Assembly (NCBI GenBank): GCA_963736005.1
Contig: CAVTNB010000001.1
Location: 1,472,001 to 1,536,000 of the forward strand
Reading direction: 5' to 3'
Length of the DNA: 64,000 nt
Source: an uncultured Pseudomonadota bacterium
GTDB taxonomy: Bacteria; Vulcanimicrobiota; Vulcanimicrobiia; Eremiobacterales; Eremiobacteraceae
How positions within the stretch are numbered: position 1 is the first letter of the stretch; each line of letters opens with the position of its first letter. Of the stretch, positions 61,215 to 64,000 are shown one piece after another. A program made the position numbers and the translations under genes. The notes under the pieces are model-generated. The model was not told the DNA's origin. It did not search any database and worked only from the letters and a program-made list of their open reading frames with translations.

Positions 61215-62211
61215 AGAACTTAATCGTTTTCTTGATCGCGCGGATGACGCGTTGTGCGTTGGGCATGTATGCTTTCTCGAGCGCGTATGGGAACGCGGTA
61301 TCCCAACCCGCTACCCGGACGATCGGGCCCTCCAGGTACTCGATCGCATTTTCAGCTATGAATGCGGCGATCTCGCCGCTATAACCACCGATGCGCGGAG
61401 CCTCTTGCAGGAGCACGACATGGCCGGTCTTGCTGACGGTTTGCAGAATCGCTTCCGTATCGTATGGCTGCAGCGTCCGCAGATCGAGGATCTCAACATC
61501 CACGCCCTCTTTGCTCATGGCCTCAGCTGCTTCGAGAGCAACTGGAACCATGGCGCCGTACGTGATAACGGAAACGTGTTTGCCTTCGCGCGTGAGCGCT
61601 GCCTTCCCGAGCGGTACTTCGTACGGGCCGGCCGGAACGTCGTTCTTCACCGAACGGTAGATCTTCTTTGGTTCCATGAAGACGACGGGGTCTGGGTCGC
61701 GAATCGACGCGATAAGCAAGCCCTTCGCATCGTAGGGGTTGCTCGGTACGACAACCTTGAGACCGGGAGTCGCGACGAAATACGACTCGGGTGACTGGGA
61801 GTGGTAGCTGCCACCTCGCACGCCGCCGCCATACGGCGATCGGATGACCATCGGAACGCTGAACTGACTCGCCGAGCGATACCGAATCTTGGCAGCTTCA
61901 GTCACGAGCAAGTCAAAGCCCGGAAAGATAAAGTCGATGAACTGGATTTCAGCGACTGGCTTGAGTCCGTAGAGCGCCATGCCGACTGCCGCACCAATAA
62001 TGCCGGCTTCTGCCAGTGGCGTGTCGATGACGCGATCGGATCCGAACTTGTCGACCAGTCCTTCGGTGATCAGAAAGACTCCGCCGCGAACGCCGATGTC
62101 CTCCCCCAAGATAACCACATCTTGGTCGCGCTCCATTTCCTCCTTCAGCGCGGACTGAAGGGCTTGCACCATGGTGGACTGGGTTTTCTTGGCTGCTTGC
62201 ACTGTTGCCAT
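61213..62211 (-). CDS. 2-oxoacid dehydrogenase E1 beta (probably branched-chain)
   Basis: GEDIG..GGVF, DTPLAE, EIQF, HSQSPE. Confidence 0.93.
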   Translation of the reverse strand: MATVQAAKKTQSTMVQALQSALKEEMERDQDVVILGEDIGVRGGVFLITEGLVDKFGSDRVIDTPLAEAGIIGAAVGMALYGLKPVAEIQFIDFIFPGFDLLVTEAAKIRYRSASQFSVPMVIRSPYGGGVRGGSYHSQSPESYFVATPGLKVVVPSNPYDAKGLLIASIRDPDPVVFMEPKKIYRSVKNDVPAGPYEVPLGKAALTREGKHVSVITYGAMVPVALEAAEAMSKEGVDVEILDLRTLQPYDTEAILQTVSKTGHVVLLQEAPRIGGYSGEIAAFIAENAIEYLEGPIVRVAGWDTAFPYALEKAYMPNAQRVIRAIKKTIKF

Positions 62212-62225
62212 CAATTCCTCCGGCC

Positions 62226-63323
62226 TTAAACGCCGAGCTCGGCGGCAAGCTCTTTGCGCTCCCACTCGAGATGGGGCGTGAGCTTTTCGTATTCGTAGTC
62301 AAACACGGAGAGCGGCTCGGGCACCGGACTCTTTTCCGCTTCCTCCATGGCCGCGGCAAGCTGCGCTTTGACTTCAGTCTGCACTTTTTGTTCTTGCTCT
62401 TCGGACCACAGCCCGCGGGATTCCAAGAACTTGCGCATGCGCGTGACGGGATCGCGCTGCGTGCGCCACATTTCGAGTTCACCCTTCGGCCGATAGCGGG
62501 TATCGTCATCGGCTGAGGAGTGAGGACCGTAGCGATACGTGTACGCTTCAATGAGGCTCGGACCGTTGCCGGAGCGCGCCTTATCCGCGCAATGTTTGGT
62601 CACGCTATAGACCGCGAGAATGTCGTTGCCGTCCACCAAGAAGCCGTCCATGCCATACGCACGCGCCTTTTCAGCGATCGTCTTGGTATGCATTTGCTGA
62701 TCGGTGCGCATCGAGATGGCGTATTGGTTGTTCTGCACAAACATTAGCGCTGGCGCTTGATAGACCGCCGCAAAATTCATGCCAACGTGAAAGTCGCCTT
62801 CGCTTGTCGCACCGTCGCCCATGTAGCAGATGGTGACCTCCTTACGCTTCTTGATGCGCTGCGCCATGGCGGTACCGACAGCTTCGGTGATTTTGTTGCC
62901 AACGGTTGAAGCGGGTGGCACGATATGCAGATCGCGGCGCCCCGGACCATGCGGCATGAGGCGCCCCTGCGTTGGGTCTGCCATGCGTCCGAGCACGTGC
63001 CCGAACCACTCCGTCGCCGTAAGTCCTTTGACGAGCATGCTCCCTTGCGAACGGTGATCCGGATACATCCAATCGTCTTTGAGCAGCGGCAAAGCGCTGC
63101 CGACCTGCGCTGCCTCTTGGCCCGCGACTTGCGCGTAGAACCCTGCGCGGCCTTGACGCACGAGAATGTAGCCGCGATCGTCCACGCCGCGGACAAACAC
63201 GAGCCAACGATACATCTTGAGAAAATCATCTTTTGAGAGGCCGAGCTTGTCGACGTTCTCAACTGGCGATCCGTCTGGCGCGAGCACGCGGATGGGCTCG
63301 GCGGTGAACGGCTTGATGTCCAT
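62226..63323 (-). CDS. 2-oxoacid dehydrogenase E1 alpha (probably branched-chain)
   Basis: GDGATSEGDF...NN TPP motif, YRYGPHSSADD. Confidence 0.93.
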   Translation of the reverse strand: MDIKPFTAEPIRVLAPDGSPVENVDKLGLSKDDFLKMYRWLVFVRGVDDRGYILVRQGRAGFYAQVAGQEAAQVGSALPLLKDDWMYPDHRSQGSMLVKGLTATEWFGHVLGRMADPTQGRLMPHGPGRRDLHIVPPASTVGNKITEAVGTAMAQRIKKRKEVTICYMGDGATSEGDFHVGMNFAAVYQAPALMFVQNNQYAISMRTDQQMHTKTIAEKARAYGMDGFLVDGNDILAVYSVTKHCADKARSGNGPSLIEAYTYRYGPHSSADDDTRYRPKGELEMWRTQRDPVTRMRKFLESRGLWSEEQEQKVQTEVKAQLAAAMEEAEKSPVPEPLSVFDYEYEKLTPHLEWERKELAAELGV

Positions 63324-63489
63324 GCATGCCTCCGAGAAACGCTGAATAGTCAAGTTATCGGTTCTTACGATTTTCGAGCATTACCTTTGGTTGGGATACT
63401 GTCTGTCTGCTGGATGGATTCTTTCACTCGGTGGGAGAATCGAGTCCGCACGGGGGTATTGCAGGATTAAACTCGGTCCTTTCTCGTTT

Positions 63490-64000
63490 ATGAAGCTCTC
63501 CGTCGGTCTGTACCGGCCGGCGCCGGTTGCACCGCTCTCGGCAAATGCGCAAGCAGAACTGCTGCGGGAGCTGCACGCAGAGTATCCGTCGCTACAGCAA
63601 ATTCCCGGTGGCGTGCTCTTTTCCGACCCGCCGCGCGGCCGAATGCTGCTCATCGACCAAACCAAAGTCGAGTCCGTCGAAAACAATCCGAATTCTCCCT
63701 TCGAATCGATCGATCGCATGCGCGGAATCTTCGCAAAATCGATTCCCGTCGTCCAGTACCCGCCGCCCTTTCATCTTCGCGTTGACGGCGCCGGCACGAT
63801 CCAAGCGCTGGAAGGATTAAACCCGACGCAAGTGTTGCTGCAACGCGCTCATCCGCGAGAGGAATGGAACTCGATTGCTGGCGGATGTACGTTTGCAGGA
63901 CTCCGCTTTATTTTCAGGACACCGGACGGCGGACAGCGCGACGTACATATCGAGCCGCTCTTTGCGCAGCCGGATAAGTTTTACGTTATGATCATTAGCG
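63490..64000 (+). CDS. Hypothetical protein (runs off window end)
   Basis: Open frame from ATG 63490: MKLSVGLYRPAP...HIEPLFAQPDKFYVMIIS. Confidence 0.6.
   Translation, partial: MKLSVGLYRPAPVAPLSANAQAELLRELHAEYPSLQQIPGGVLFSDPPRGRMLLIDQTKVESVENNPNSPFESIDRMRGIFAKSIPVVQYPPPFHLRVDGAGTIQALEGLNPTQVLLQRAHPREEWNSIAGGCTFAGLRFIFRTPDGGQRDVHIEPLFAQPDKFYVMIIS

Overview
64 kb of GC-rich bacterial chromosome. The gene set and style suggest a Terrabacteria soil lineage such as Ca. Eremiobacterota; this is an inference, not a search result. Core genes lie at both ends. The left arm has ccdA (partial), lgt, a frameshifted type-2 ileS with a GVHH motif, a site-2 protease, csaB with a DUF5693-like gene, and an MsrPQ-like Mo enzyme pair. 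The right arm has tRNA-Glu, tRNA-Ile2, eno, ndk, birA and a 2-oxoacid dehydrogenase E1a-E1b-E2-lpdA-lipB-lipA operon. The middle (about 15-51 kb) is accessory: minor type IV pilins, two papain-like proteases, TetR/TetA, a nirK plus heme-copper oxidase cluster, tRNA-Val and an ars operon. Top observations: (1) an unannotated 34-aa orphan peptide gene with its own promoter, RBS and terminator, a YxxPxI RiPP-type leader and a two-Cys core (50884-50988); (2) nirK clustered with an sNOR-type (HxxxN) nitric oxide reductase and three His-rich membrane accessory genes; (3) at least four GTAG-type REP families in mixed clusters, two of them inside the E2 gene where they encode its linker; (4) the enolase reading frame runs into tRNA-Ile2 and stops in its anticodon loop; (5) ileS is broken exactly at KMSKS. 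No CRISPR array, transposase, integrase or rRNA was seen.
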